Part shown: in pieces, positions 37,116-50,940 of the stretch | Layout of the letters: each line of letters starts with the position of its first letter | Position numbering within the stretch: the stretch's first letter is position 1 | Assembly: GCF_006345805.1 (NCBI RefSeq) | Contig: NC_043013.1 | Location: forward strand, 7,626,001 to 7,690,000 | Origin: Octopus sinensis | Lineage: Eukaryota | Length of the DNA: 64,000 nt | Direction: 5' to 3' | Notes under the pieces: model-generated | Database searches by the model: none | Told to the model about the DNA's origin: nothing | The model's input: the letters and a program-made list of their open reading frames with translations, nothing else | Made by a program: the position numbers and the translations under genes

Positions 37116-37468
37116 ACACACACATTTGTAGGTGTAGGTTTGGCTGTATAGTTAAGAGGTTTGCTTCCCAACCACTTGCTTTTGGGTTCAGTCCCATTGT
37201 GTAGCACCTTGGGCAAGTATTTTTTAGTATAGCCCCATGCCAGAAGAATGAAAGGCAAAGTTAATCTACTGAAGTCAACTTCGCCTTCTATCCTTCTGGG
37301 AGCCAATATAATCAACTAACCCCTTCCACCAAATTTCTGGCTTGTGCCTCTGTTAGGAATTTTTGGCTTCAAATTTTGGCACAAGAACAGCAATTTTCAG
37401 GAAGGGGTTAAGTCAATTGCATCAACCCCAGAGTTCAACCGGTACTTATTTTACTGATCCCAAAATAA

Positions 37469-37507
<39 letters not shown>

Positions 37508-37510
<3 letters not shown>

Positions 37511-37807
37511 TAGTTTTATTTTTATAGCGTGCTTTCACTTCACTACCGAGCGCAGCTCTGTGTGCTTTGGGTATGTGCTGTGATTTGTTGTGATGCTCTG
37601 ATGGTTATTGTATGGAAAGTGTTCTGCGTAGGATGTGTGCAGTGCCTAGTAGTGCAATTTTGTGTATGTTATATGTGTTTGTAAGTCCTGGTATTTTTGT
37701 TATGTATTTGTCTGAATATTTTTTTATCATGCCTAATGCACCAACTATGATAGGAATTGTTTCTGTTTTAGATTCCACATTCTGGTTACCTCTATTTCCA
37801 GGTCTTT

Positions 37808-37810
<3 letters not shown>
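37508..37810 (-). mobile_element. 5'-truncated R4/Dong-clade non-LTR retrotransposon inside a (TAA)n microsatellite
   Basis: Minus strand YKDLEIEVTRMWNLK/(1-bp shift)TETIPIIVGALGMIKKYSDKYITKIPGLTNTYNIHKIALLGTAHILRRTLSIQ* matches the C-terminal part of the restriction-like endonuclease domain; (TAA)n on both sides. Confidence 0.8.
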
Positions 37811-37842
<32 letters not shown>

Positions 37843-38349
37843 GATAATAAGGTAGCAAGCTGGTAGAATCATTCACATGTCAGACAAAATTACTTAGCAG
37901 CATTTATTGTGGCTCTTTATGGTCTAGGTTCAAATTCTATCAAGGCCAACAATAAGTACCATTTGAGCACTGAGGTCGATGAAATTGACTTGCCCGCTCC
38001 TCCTTTAAAATTGCTGGCCTTGTGCCAAAATTTGTAATCCATTATTGTTGTTGTTGTTTGTTGTTCTGTTTGTAAAAACAAACAATAGGGATAAATATTC
38101 ATTCTTTATTGATCAAAAGAATAACAACAACAGTAATGATTATGATTATAATGATTTCTTTTATTGGCCACAAAGGCTCAAGAGACTGAACTGAGGATAG
38201 AACAAGGAGGAAATACAAAAACAGTGTTTACATCAATCAAAAAAAATAAGGCAGAAAAAACAATCAACAAATGCAAAATAACATCTACAAGAAAAGGTTT
38301 CCAATAAAGGGGAAAATCCATCAAGGAAAATTTGTAAGAAAAATCTCAC

Positions 38350-38446
38350 CCAAAATTTCCATCTCCCAGTTCCTTGCATAATCAGAGGTGACCCATTTAG
38401 CCTCATCAGTTCTGTTGTTCTCACCTATCTTTTGTAAAACAGCACA
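38350..38446 (-). CDS. Candidate coding exon (phase 0-1): CAVLQKIGENNRTDEAKWVTSDYARNWEMEIL
   Basis: Acceptor ccttccag| (an alternative acceptor would start the exon at 38424), donor TTGG|gtgaga; the pyrimidine tract is weak. Confidence 0.33.
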
Positions 38447-38933
38447 CTGGAAGGCAATCTCTCTCTCTTTCTCTCTCCCTCTCTCTCCTCTCACCTCTCA
38501 ACCTGCTCTTTAAGTGACACTTGAAGATGTTGATGGGGGCTTATCCAGTCCTCAACCCTTTTAACTACATCCTATTTCTTTACTACCCACAAGGGGCTAA
38601 ACACAGAGAGGACAAAACTTGTAACTACATCCACCACATAACTTCCTTTGCCATATTTATCAAACACATGACTGGCTGCCGTTCCTTACAAGAAAATTCT
38701 GGTGAGTTTGTCTTCAGGATAGCTAGATCTTATCCTACATGCAATTTCAGTTCTTTGATATGGGTCTATAAGTCAGTAATGCATAAACATTGAATAAACC
38801 TGTGCACGTCGGTCTCATTGTTCTGTGTACACCTTAAACGGGTTTGGCTGCCAGTACTGCAGAGCTTTTTCCAAATAGGCAAAGTAACTCTTTCACCCAC
38901 AGCACTTTCAAATCTAAGACTTTTCAAAATTAA

Positions 38934-39154
38934 CCCTTTAGTGTTCGCATTATTCTGCCAAAACTAATCCTTTTTGATCCACATTGCCTTGAACTAATCA
39001 GGCATTATCTTGTAGCTATGAGATTTTTATGGGGTAACTGTTAATTTTTAAAACGACATTGTAGGGTTGGTGTGAGAGACCAGATCTAGCCAGTTTGAAC
39101 ATAAAACAGGCAGAATACTTTTGGCCGGATATGGCCGGTTTAAAAGCTAAAGGG
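38934..39154. mobile_element. piggyBac-type MITE
   Basis: TTAA|ccctttag ... ctaaaggg|TTAG (mutated TTAA TSD); left end also seen at 63921. Confidence 0.7.
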
Positions 39155-39524
39155 TTAGCCATAATCTCCAAATTGAAAGTCCTTTACAAATGTTGCTCAG
39201 ACTATTCTCTTCAGTACCCAGAATATGCCAGCTCGCCGCCTTGACTGACATGAATATTTTCTCTTTCCTGATATGCATAAAGAGAAATATGGTCGTACAC
39301 ATAAACAGAGAGAATGAGAGGGAGAGAGAAACATTATGATTTATCAACTGAATATGATTAACACAAGCACTTTCCTTCTCCTCATACATATAAAGAGGGA
39401 GAGGATGAGAGAAACATTAAACTGTCTAATGTTAAATATGTTGAATTAGCAATGCCAAATAGGCAAGACCAAAATGACTGTCACAAAGCATCATGCCCCC
39501 ATGCACCAGCTGTGGAGGCACGTG

Positions 39525-39753
39525 ACTTGGTGGCAGAATCGTTAGCATGCCGGGCGAAATGCTTAGCCGTATTTCATCTGTCGTTATGTTCTGAGTTCAA
39601 ATTCGGCCGAGGTTGACTTTGCCTTTCATCCTTTCGGAGTCGATAAATTAAGTACCAGTTACGCACTGGGGTCGATGTAATCGACTTAATACCTATGTCT
39701 GTCCTTGTTTGTCCCTTCTGTGTTTAACCCCTTGTGGGTAATAAAGAAATAGG
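39525..39753 (+). mobile_element. SINE family A
   Basis: Matches 9342-9574. Confidence 0.85.
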
Positions 39754-40311
39754 TTAAGGTATTGGACTCATGATCATAAGATTGTGGTTTCAGTTCCCGG
39801 GCCAAGTGATGTGTTGTGTCCTTGAGCAAGTCACTTCATTTCTTGTTGCCCCAGTCCACTCAGTTGGCAAAAACGAGTAAAGATGAGTGTCCCATCCAAG
39901 TGCAGAATATATATGCCATAAGACCAGGAAACCAGCCCTTGTGAATTGGCTTGACTCAAGGAGGTAACTTTACCTAACTTCACCATGTACCAGCTGTGGT
40001 TCATCAGAAATCAAAAATATAGCATTTGTTACCACATGGCACCCCATCCACTTGGGCTTATCAAACAACTTTCCTTGAGCCCCCCAGCATACAATAATAC
40101 AAGCAATCTATTCTTCAGGTTTCCTACCTGGAATGTTTAAAGGCCAATCTCACTACTTCATTTCATTTCATTGGCCATGAAGGCCGTATACCGAGGAAGT
40201 AGCTTGCAGGCTGGACAAAAAACATTAATGAAATGAGTGATGAAAAGAATGGTATGAATGGGAGAAGGCAAAAGATGCCCACCAATCTTCTGCTTCCCTA
40301 AAACATTGTTC

Positions 40312-40900
40312 TTTTTTTTTTCAAAACAAAAAGCAAAAAACAAAACGAGGTATTAAATCTCTTACCTCAGTTCTACAATTACGGACTTAATAGCCCTTTA
40401 CAAATTGAGGCGCTGAGCCTCTCAAAAACAATAAACATTTAGGCACTAAAGCCTCTTTATTCTTCCTCCCGACCAGGCTGTATGCCTTCCGCAGGCAATG
40501 CTCCAGTTCCAGGTCGGGGCCCCAGAAGGCGAACCTAAACTGGTCCTTCGGGAAGGAGTCCAACACCTTGAACATATCGACTTCCGATCTGACCTCCATA
40601 GTCACCTGTGGAGGCCAATCCGGGTCTTCAGTCCAGAGCATGGGCTCCTCCCTCCGGCCCTCTTAGCTTCCTTAAGAAGCTCTGTATTGCCCCTCCCTTA
40701 TGAAAGAAGATAACAAAATCATCTCTCATCACTCTGGAAGGAACCACAGTTTCCTCTGTCTGTGGCACACTTCCTACCAATCTCACTACTAGCCTGTCAT
40801 CTGTGATACATCTTCTGTGCACCTCTTTTAACCAGTTGACTAGTTCTTGCACTACTTTGTAGTTCTCTGTCACTATTTCTTTGCTTAGGCTAACGGATGC
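40312..40900 (-). pseudogene. Orphan, GC-richer, frameshifted ORF (~170 codons) with T-rich UTR and poly(A); retroposed sequence of unknown family
   Basis: ORFs 40628-40873 and 40387-40641 overlap in different frames; A10 tail at 40312-40321 on the minus strand; A-rich 5' flank. Confidence 0.5.
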
Positions 40901-41152
40901 TGCTCTGTGGTTTTGTTTTTTTTTTATTTTTGTTTTTCGTTGGCATTTTTTTTAAATGCAAAAATGACTCCATGCTCTAATTATCTTGTTAGCAAAAATT
41001 TCATCCTACAACTTCCTCTCTGCTTATGTATTTCCTCTGATTGCCAACGTAATTACAGTAATTGTCGCTATTCCTTCATCTCTGACTTCTATTACAGAAA
41101 GACGTCTGTAATCTATGGGCAATAACACAGACCAAACAATTATTCCTCTTGA

Positions 41153-41183
<31 letters not shown>

Positions 41184-43244
41184 TTATGCACAATCATTAT
41201 GTATATGTATGCATGTTTATTGAAATATATATGTGTGTGTACATATATCTATATCTATCTCTCTATCTATATCTCTCTCTATATATAATCAAAATAAGCA
41301 ACAAGGATATCCAGAGGTAATGCAGTATGATCGTTTCATCTGAATCTCTCTCTCTCTCTCAGGACTTTTTCTTTGGAAGCCTAGTACTTATTCTATCAGT
41401 CTCTTTTGCCGAACCGCTAAGTTATGGGGATGTAAGCACACCAGCATCGGTTGTCAAAGGATGTTGGGGGGACAAACACACACATATATATATATATACA
41501 TATACATATATACGATGAGCTTCTTTTAGTTTCCATCTACCAAATCCACTCACAAGGCTTTGGTCGGCCCAAGGCTATAGAAGAAGACACTTGCCAAAGG
41601 TGCCATGTGGTTGGTAAGCAAGCTACTTACCACACAGCCACTCCTTCGCCTATATAATGCAGAATAAATTCAAAACGATGTGAATAAATATGCATAACAA
41701 CTGACAAAGCAATCTGAACACTAAAGGATTCATTTGACAAGCAGGCTGTTCTAGGGATCAGCTCAACTGGAACCCCCATTGTCATAACTGACTGAGTCCC
41801 AGCTTTTGTCCTTTCAGGGTGGATAAAACGAGTACCAATTGAGTACTGGGGTCGATGTAACTGATTAGTGCCACTTTCCCAAAATTTCAGGCCTTCTGCT
41901 TATTATAGGAAGCATTATTCATGGCTCTATCTGCTTTCTGTTTCATTGTCCTGCAAACAATTATTTCATGTTCTCTCAAACTTTCTAAAGTTTTGTGACA
42001 TCAACGATATATTATTTTTCTATCCATTTTTTTTTGTTTTTTGCTCTCTCCATCTGTTTTATCACCTCATTCCTTACTGTAGAAGAGCATAAATGTCAAA
42101 CTAATAATACACCTTGTTTGTTTTTCCCCTCACATATCTGTCTTTTTATTTTTGTTGTTGTTGTTGTTGTACAATTTTGAACCACACACATCACTGTATC
42201 ACTGTATTGCTCAGAGTATCAAATGCTGTTATACACTGCTGGTCACGATGCACTTTGAATTCTGTTTTCATAGCACCATTTTTTTCCATCTTGACCAAAA
42301 CTACTTGACTAAATTGTCTTTCTATCATTGTGGAGGCCTTCCAAGAGGCCTTTTTTAACCTCTTGGATACCACTTGGCAACTGCACAGGTCCACCTCTTC
42401 TATACATGCTTGTGTGTTTATAAGGACAATGCTCATTCATAACCATGGAGGCACATAGCTTAGTGGTTAGGGTGTTGGACTCATGATTGTAAGATTGTGG
42501 TTTCGATTCCTGGACTAGCGATGCATTGTGTTCTTGAGCAAAACACTTCATTTTATGCTACTGCATTCTACTCATGTGGCAAAAGTGAATAATCCTGCAA
42601 GGATGAAAGGCAAAGTCGACCTCGGTGGAATTTGAACTCAGAACGTAGTGGCAGACGAAATACTGCTAAGCATTTCGCTCAGCGTGCTAACGCTTCTACC
42701 AGCTCGCTACCTTTATTTCCAATATTCTGTGAAAACACATCTAGCCATAAGGAAATATTGCCTTGCCTTAAAACCGGTTGGGGTTCATGACAGGAAGGGC
42801 ATCTGGCAATAAAAAAACAAATCTGCTGCCATAAACTTTGTTCAACCAATGTAAGTCTGGAAAAGTGGACATTAAAAATGATGATGATGAGAAGGAAGAT
42901 GATGATAATGGATGATGATGTTTGTTTTTGTGTTTTAGGAGATAATATTCAGTATATATATATCATATTGTATGGTTAAAAAAAAAAGACATATCAAAGA
43001 TAAAAGATGAACAAAAACAAGGCGATCAATTGTTGGAACATCTAGTTAATATTTCGATATTGTGATATCTAGTTAATATATTTAAACTAATTGAAATAGC
43101 TGCTCTTATCAAGCAATATTCTTTATAATGGTAGTAATCAATAGATAAAAATCAATTATCAAATTCTTCTCAATTTTTGACATGAATGCTTTTGATCTCC
43201 CCCTCGCTCCTTCCTAATATGTATATTTTAATATATATACATAT

Positions 43245-43271
43245 GTATGTATATGTGTGTGTGTATGTATT

Positions 43272-43304
<33 letters not shown>

Positions 43305-43715
43305 ATGTATTTATATATATATGTGTGTGTATGTATTTATATATATGTGTGTGTGTGTGTGTGTGTATGTATTTATATATATGTGTGTGTGTGTGTGTAT
43401 GTATTTATATATGTGTGTGTGTGTATGTATTTATATATATGTGTGTGTGTGTATTTATATATATATGTGTGTGTGTATGTATTTATATATATATGTGTGT
43501 GTGTATGTATTTATATATATATGTGTGTGTGTGTGTATGTATTTATATATATATGTGTGTGTGTGTGTATGTATTTATATATATATATGTGTGTGTGTGT
43601 GTATGTATTTATATATATATGTGTGTGTGTGTGTATGTATTTATATATATGTGTGTGTGTGTGTATGTATTTATATATATATGTGTGTGTGTATGTATTT
43701 ATATTTATTTAAATA
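43245..43715. repeat. Higher-order microsatellite (atgtattt(at)n(gt)n units, ~25-30 bp)
   Basis: Directly visible, more than 15 units. Confidence 0.9.
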
Positions 43716-44481
43716 TATGTGTGTGTATATATATATATATGTTTAAATATAAATACACATATATATATATATATACACAAATACATACATACATATGTAT
43801 ATATATATAATGTTATATTTACATGTGTGTGTGTTAATGGAAATGAATGGCTTGTTCAAAACATCACTACACACATTTCAGTAGTGTGGTTTATTCTAAA
43901 TATGTGGTGTTTCTACGTTATTTTCCTCTGTATTACTACAATATCTGTGTGTGTGTGTGTGTGTATAAGGTAGGCTCACTAAGAATCCATAGGTCAGAAA
44001 AAATATGCACTCATATCTTTCACAATAGAGTGGATATTCTAATCGAAATTTACAGTATTAAATATTCATTACAGCTGATCAGTTATAACTGCCAACTCTG
44101 ACAAGTTCAGGGTTACATAATCACACTGTTATCAAACATTCTGTTCAACCTCTAGTGCAAAACCAATTGGTAAGAGAGCTGGCAGAAATGTTGGCATGCC
44201 GGTCGAAATGCTTAGTGGTATTTCATCTGAGTTCAAATTGCGCTGAGGTTGACTTTGCCTTTCATCCTTTCGGGGTCGATAAATTAAGTACCAGTTACGC
44301 ACTGGGGTCGATGTAATCGATTTAATCCCTTTGTCTGTCCTTGTTTGAAAGAAATAAGATTGGCCATAATGGATATATAATGCTGTACACTTTGATTAAT
44401 ATATAAAAGATGTGTGTGTGTGCGCACACGTGTGTACATATAAATATATTATTTCTTATATATATATATATATATATATAT

Positions 44482-44869
44482 ACTCTTTTACTTGTTTCAG
44501 TCATTTGACTGTGGCCATGCTGGAGCACCACCTTTAGTCGAGCAAATCAACCCCAGGACTTATTCTTTGTAAGCCTAGTACTTATTTTATCAATCTCTTT
44601 TTGCCGAACTGCTAAGTTATGGGAATGTAAACACACCAGCATTGGTTGTGAAGTGATGTTGGGGGCGGGGACAAACACAGACACACACAAAGTATATATA
44701 CATATATATACGACGGGCTTCTTTCAGTTTCCATCTACCAAATTCACTCACAAGGCTTTGGTTGGCCTGAGACTATAGTAGACGACACTTGCCCAAGGTG
44801 CCACGCAATGGGACTGAACCTGGAACCATGTGGTTGGTAAGCAAGCTACTTACCACACCGCTATTCCTG
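44482..44869 (-). mobile_element. SINE family B
   Basis: Reverse complement of 14727-15115. Confidence 0.85.
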
Positions 44870-46367
44870 TACGTCTCCACATTGACACCGATATATATAT
44901 ATTATATATATATATATATATATATGTGTATGTATGTATGTATGTATGTATGTATGTATGTGTATGTGTGTATGTATGTGTATGTATGTATGTATGTATG
45001 TATGTGTATATATGTATGTATGTATGTGTATATATGTATGTATGTATGTGTATGTATGTATGTATGTGTATATCTGTATGTATATGTATGTATGTATGTA
45101 TGTGTATATATGTATGTATGTGTGTATATATGTATGTATATGTATATATACATATCTTTGTGTGTGTGTGTGTGTGATGTGATAGGTACAGGCATTGCTA
45201 TAAGTGTAGGCATGTCTGATTGATTAAGAAGTTTGTGTTCAATCTTAATCTGTTGCACCTTGTGGATGTATCACCTAACCGCCTTTCATTGACCAATGCC
45301 TTGTTAATGAGATTTGGTAGGCGGAAGCTTTACAGCAGGATGTTGTGTGTGTGTGCGTGTACATGGGTGTGTTTGTGTGTTTGTTTCTGTACGTCTCCGC
45401 ATTGACACCGATTAGGTAGCAGTGATGCTTCTGCCTGTCCCACATAATAACTCCCGCAGCTTGCCTGTTTGACATGCAGCGAACACCGGAATAGTGCACT
45501 TTACTTGGAAACATCCGAACTGTAGAATTTGTGTTTCATGAAGCTTTGTCCCACTCGTGCCAAAACAGAAAACAGCAGATGTAACATGATGATGATGATG
45601 GTGATGGTGATAACGTTGATGATGGTGGTGGCGGTGGTGGTAGTGGTGGTGGTGGTGGCAGTTGTGATAGTAGTGTTAGTTACATACTTATATACACATT
45701 ACATGCATATCATATATATGTGTGCGTGTGCGCACGTGTTATGTGTACTGTATATATGTATCCATCCATCTATCTATCTATCTATCTATCTATCATCTAT
45801 CTATCTAGCCATCCATCCAGCTATCTATCTATCTATCTATCTATCTATCAATCGATCGATCTGTCTATCTATACACACACACACACACACACATATGACG
45901 AGAGAGAAAGACTGACGAAGTTAAGAAGGCTAGCATCATATGTATTTTAAATTAGTGTTATGCATTTAGTTGCTTAGACCATTTAAAGCGTGCATGTGCG
46001 TATGTGTATAAATAAATATGGATGTGTGCATATATATGTGTGTGTGTGTGTGTGTATATATGTATATAAAAATATGTATGGATGCATGTGTGTGTACATA
46101 TGTATATACATGCATATATTCATATATATATATATACATGCATATATTCATATATATATATATACATGCATATATTCATATATATATATATACATGCATA
46201 TATTCATATATATGTATATACATGCATATATTCATATATATATATATATGTGCACATATTCATATGTATTGATATATATATATATATATAGGTGCAGGAG
46301 TGGTAGCCTCGGGCCGACCAAAGCCTTGTGAGTGGATTTGGTAGACGGAAACTGAAAGAAGCCCATC

Positions 46368-46399
<32 letters not shown>

Positions 46400-46680
46400 A
46401 TGTGTGTGTATGTTTGTGTGTCTGTGTTTTTCTCAATGACATCACTTGACAACTGATGGTGGTATGTTTGCATCCCCATAACTTAGCAGTTCGGCAAAAG
46501 AGACCGATAGAATAAATACTAGGCTTACAAAGAATATGTCCTGGGGTCGATTTGCTTGACTAAAGGCGGTGCTCTAGCATGGCCACAGTCAAATGACGGA
46601 AACATGTAAAAGTGTAAAAGAGTATATGCATATATACATATTTATACATTCATACATACATATATATACGTACACGTGTT

Positions 46681-46736
<56 letters not shown>

Positions 46737-47994
46737 CACTCATATATATACATATATACATACATACATACCATTGAATTAATTCTTTTCTTTCCTCTTC
46801 TATTTATTTCAGTGAATATCATCAGTCATTTTTTTCGTTACACATTAACGACCTGTTCATTGATACTCTAAATTCATACAGACGCATACCGACACGTCCC
46901 TTGTATCTATGTGCGTGTATGTGCACATGAGTGTATGTGCTTTTGTGTATGCATGTGTGTGTGTATGTGTATTGCACCATTTTCATTAAAAAAAATCAAC
47001 TTAATTACATCTGAATAATCATTGTTTTTTGGTGGAGTTTTTTTTTTTTTTTTGCTTGTTTGGCTTCTTTTTTTTCTTCTTCCTCTCTTCTCGTTCGCAA
47101 AAGTTATAATTAATTTTGCTACATGGAGGATGTATATATATATATGTGGGAAATGGTGGTGATTTTGACGGCAGCAATGGTGGTGAAGGTGGCAATGGCA
47201 GCAACTGTGGTGGTGATGGTGGTGGTGGTGGTGGTTGTGGTTGTGGTTGTGGTTGTGGTTGTGGTGGTATTAGTGAAATTATGAAGGAAATGCGGGGTGG
47301 GGGTGCATCTTGATAATAGCGTAAAAGGAAAAGCGGAGAAGAAAAAAAAAAAGTAGTGATAATGAGTGGAGAGGAAAGAGTTAGCGAAAAGATACATGAG
47401 AAGCTAAAACATGTAAAAATATATATTTTTTTTAAAGTAGGGGGGAGAGCGTGCGTGCGTGCGTGTGTGTGTGTGTGTGTGCGTGTGTGTGTGTGTGTGT
47501 GAGGCTGGTGGAAGAGAGGAGGGAATGTGTGTGAAGGAATAGATTTGGGAAAGAGAGGAAGGATTTGCCTGAAAAATGAGACAGGAGAAAGAGATAGGGA
47601 AAGAAAAGTGGAATCTGTGGAGAGATGTGTGCGGAGGTTGGGATGGGGGGGGGGTGTAATTAGAGAGATGTAGAAGAAAGAGTTTGAGCTTAGAAGGGGT
47701 GGGAGAGAATGAAAGAGAAAGAGAGAGAGAGAAAGAAATTGGGAGTGGAAGCCTGTGTAGGAAGGGGTTTGATATTAAAGTGTCATATTGAAAGTGAGAG
47801 GAAGAAAGAGGAAACTGGGACAATGTTGAAGTACCAAAATCAGACAGACAGACTGACTGGCGGACAGACAGACAAATAGATAGATAGATAGATAGATAGG
47901 GAGAGAGAGAGAGAGAGAGTAGTTAGACTAATATTAAATTGGTGTATTCAGAGAAATATTGAGGAGGAACATCGAAAGGGAGCTAGAGGGGTTA

Positions 47995-48352
47995 GATATG
48001 ATAAAGTGGTCTTATTGAGAGAGAAAGAGACAGATAGACAGACAGACAAAATGAAAGTAAGACTGGGAGATAGAAAGTGGTCTTATTGAGAGAGAAAGAG
48101 ATAGACAGATACACAGACAGACAAAATGAAAGTAAGACTGGGAGATAGAAAGTGGTCTTATTGAGAGAGAAAGAGATAGACAGACAGACAAAATGAAAGT
48201 AAGACTGGTAGATAGAAAGTGGTCTTATTGAGATAGAAAGAGATAGATTGACAGACAAAATGAAAGTAAGACTGGGAGATAGAAAGTGGTCTTATTGAGA
48301 AAGAGATAGACAGATAGACAAAATTAAAGTAAGACTGGGAGATAGAAAGTGA
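47995..48352. repeat. Purine-rich minisatellite, 63-75-bp period, ~5.5 units
   Basis: aaagtggtcttattgaga at 48003, 48074, 48149, 48216 and 48283, partial at 48346. Confidence 0.9.
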
Positions 48353-48456
48353 TAGCAAATTTGAAAGTGTCATTTTGAGGGAATTATGGAAAATTTATTG
48401 GTGGGTTAGATACAGAAAGAGACAGACAGACAGATCTGAACAAAGATAAATGGATG

Positions 48457-48500
<44 letters not shown>

Positions 48501-49274
48501 TGGAGGGAGGGAGGAAGACAGACAGAGAGAGGGAGGGAGAGAGAGATTTCCAAAATGCTAGAAAGAGATGGAACTGAAATTAAAGTACAAGAAGTCAGGG
48601 AAGTAGAGAGATGGGACAATGTGAAAGTCCCATTTTGAATGAAGATTAGATAGATAGAGGGAGGGAGAGAGATCTGTCTGTTGGGTAGTGAAAGAGAGAT
48701 AGATGCATTGATATATATACGTATATATATATCATTATCCATATACATAAACATTGATAAATAAATATGGAACTAAAATGAGAGAGAAAGAGAGAGAGAG
48801 AACTGAAGCTAAAAGGATTTGAAGAGAAGGGAAAAGGAAGAAAAAAAAAACATTGAAGGAGTGTATCTGTGAAAGAGGAGGGGAGAGGGGAGGGAGGGAG
48901 GGGTATATGAAAGGGGGTTGAAGGAGTATTTTTTAGGATAGAGTAAGCAAAAAAAAGTAACACAGCAAGGAGAGGAAGACAGTTCATTGTGCAAAGTCAG
49001 TGGAGCTGAGAAATCAGTTATTCGCAGAAGTCAATCAACTGCACAACAGGTTCAATTCCTCCCCACCTCTTCACCCGTCGTATTTACATTGCCTTCATAT
49101 AACATACTGGTGCTTTTTTTTTTTTGTTTTTTTTTTCTCTCTTTTGCAACAAAACACATTATTCAGCTATGTGGGGAGACAATGTTGTTATTTTTAATCT
49201 AGAGATTTCGGTTTGACGGGGTTGTTTTGGTTTGGTGGGTGTTGTTTTGTAATGGTGGCTACATGAAAGAGAGA

Positions 49275-49308
<34 letters not shown>

Positions 49309-49419
49309 ACATGGATGGTGAGGGAGTGGAGCAACTTGTTTTTCTTCTTTACTGTTTTTATCAGGGGTGGGTGGGGGGTGAGCCCCTTTTTTTTCCTTAT
49401 ACTACCAGCATCACCCTCA

Positions 49420-50700
49420 CCACCTTCACCACCACCACAACCACCATCATCGTCATTGTCATCATCATCATCATCATCGTCATCACCACCAGCACCATCA
49501 TCATGATGTTAAGTACCACCATACCACTGGTATCACTCTGAATATTCTTTTAAACCCCACCCCACCTGCTACCCTCAGTAAGCAAATGCTGTTCTAAGGA
49601 GGGTTGCTGCCTTGACACTTGTAAACCATTAACCATCACTGCCACTTGCTGTGCCATTAACCACCAACCGTCCTTACCATTATGGTTGCCTCCTTCTCTT
49701 CCTGCAGAGAAAGAGAGATAGATAGAGAAGGGGTTGCAAAGAGAAAGAGAGAATCTCACATAGCACTCATCACACCACCACTACCATCACCAACACCACT
49801 ACCACCTTTAACACTACCACTACTACCTTCACCAACACTATTACTACCACCACCACCAACAACACTAATTCTACCATCACCACAGGCGACACCACCATCA
49901 CCAATACTACCACCACCATCGCCAACACTACTACCACCACCTTTAACTCTACCACCATCACTAACACAACCACCATCACCTACCACCACCTCCATCACCA
50001 ACACAACCACTACTATCACCAGCACCTCCACCATTGCCAACATTACCACTGCTACTACAGCCACCACAACCATCACTGACAACCCCACCACTACCAACAC
50101 TAACACCATCACCTATGCTACCACCATCACCACTGCTGACAGTACCATTGGGATGGATTCTATCAACTTGCTAGAAATAGCAGTTAAATCTCCCTCTCAT
50201 CATATCCCACTATTTTGACCATAGAAAGCATACATGAAGTCTTGAATACTTCTAGAAAGTGGGGGTGGTCATGGCTAGAATCATTGATCATGGGTCTGTT
50301 TGATGAGCTAACCTGGGGTTAAATATCAATACCACAATCACTACTTACTCCACCACCGCCACTACCATCTCCATCTCCATCACTACCCTCACCATCAGCT
50401 TCTCCAGTACTATATCATCACCACCACTGCCACCATCATCACCACCACTACCATAATCTCTGCTAGCTGCTGTAGCAGCAGCAGCAGTAGCAGCACCGCC
50501 GCCACCCTCATCACTCCTAATAATACTTCCACCACCACCATCGCCACCTGTAGCACCATCAGCATCTCCAGCACTATACCCATCACCTCCACCACCACCA
50601 TCATCAATACTACCATCATAACTGCTAGCATCATCACCACCACCACCATCATCAATACTAGCATCACCACCACTACTACTACTACTACCAGTAATAGTTT
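49420..50700. repeat. Degenerate (ACC/ATC/ACT)n triplet low-complexity blocks
   Basis: Directly visible; source of the spurious Pro/Thr- and Val/Met-rich ORFs. Confidence 0.9.
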
Positions 50701-50906
50701 TATATATATATATTTGTATGTATTTTATACATCATCATCATCATCACAGCAGTAGCAACAACAATGCCAATTTTTCTTTCTCTATACCATCACTACTTCT
50801 ACCACTACTTCCTGCAAACTCCGTCCCCACCACCTCCACCACCACCACCACCATCAATTTTTGCGTCTGTTATTCACTTTCTTTCTTTTTTCTGTATCAT
50901 TATTAG

Positions 50907-50940
<34 letters not shown>

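Noticed and set aside
43186-43810. Long ORFs of 150-187 aa (YICV-rich)
   Set aside because: Translations of TA/TG microsatellite; the same applies to 8368-8905, 28934-29245, 35293-35706 and 44789-46331
49682-50218. Pro/Thr-rich mucin- or extensin-like ORF
   Set aside because: It arises from degenerate ACC triplets that are open in several frames on both strands; no splice or domain evidence
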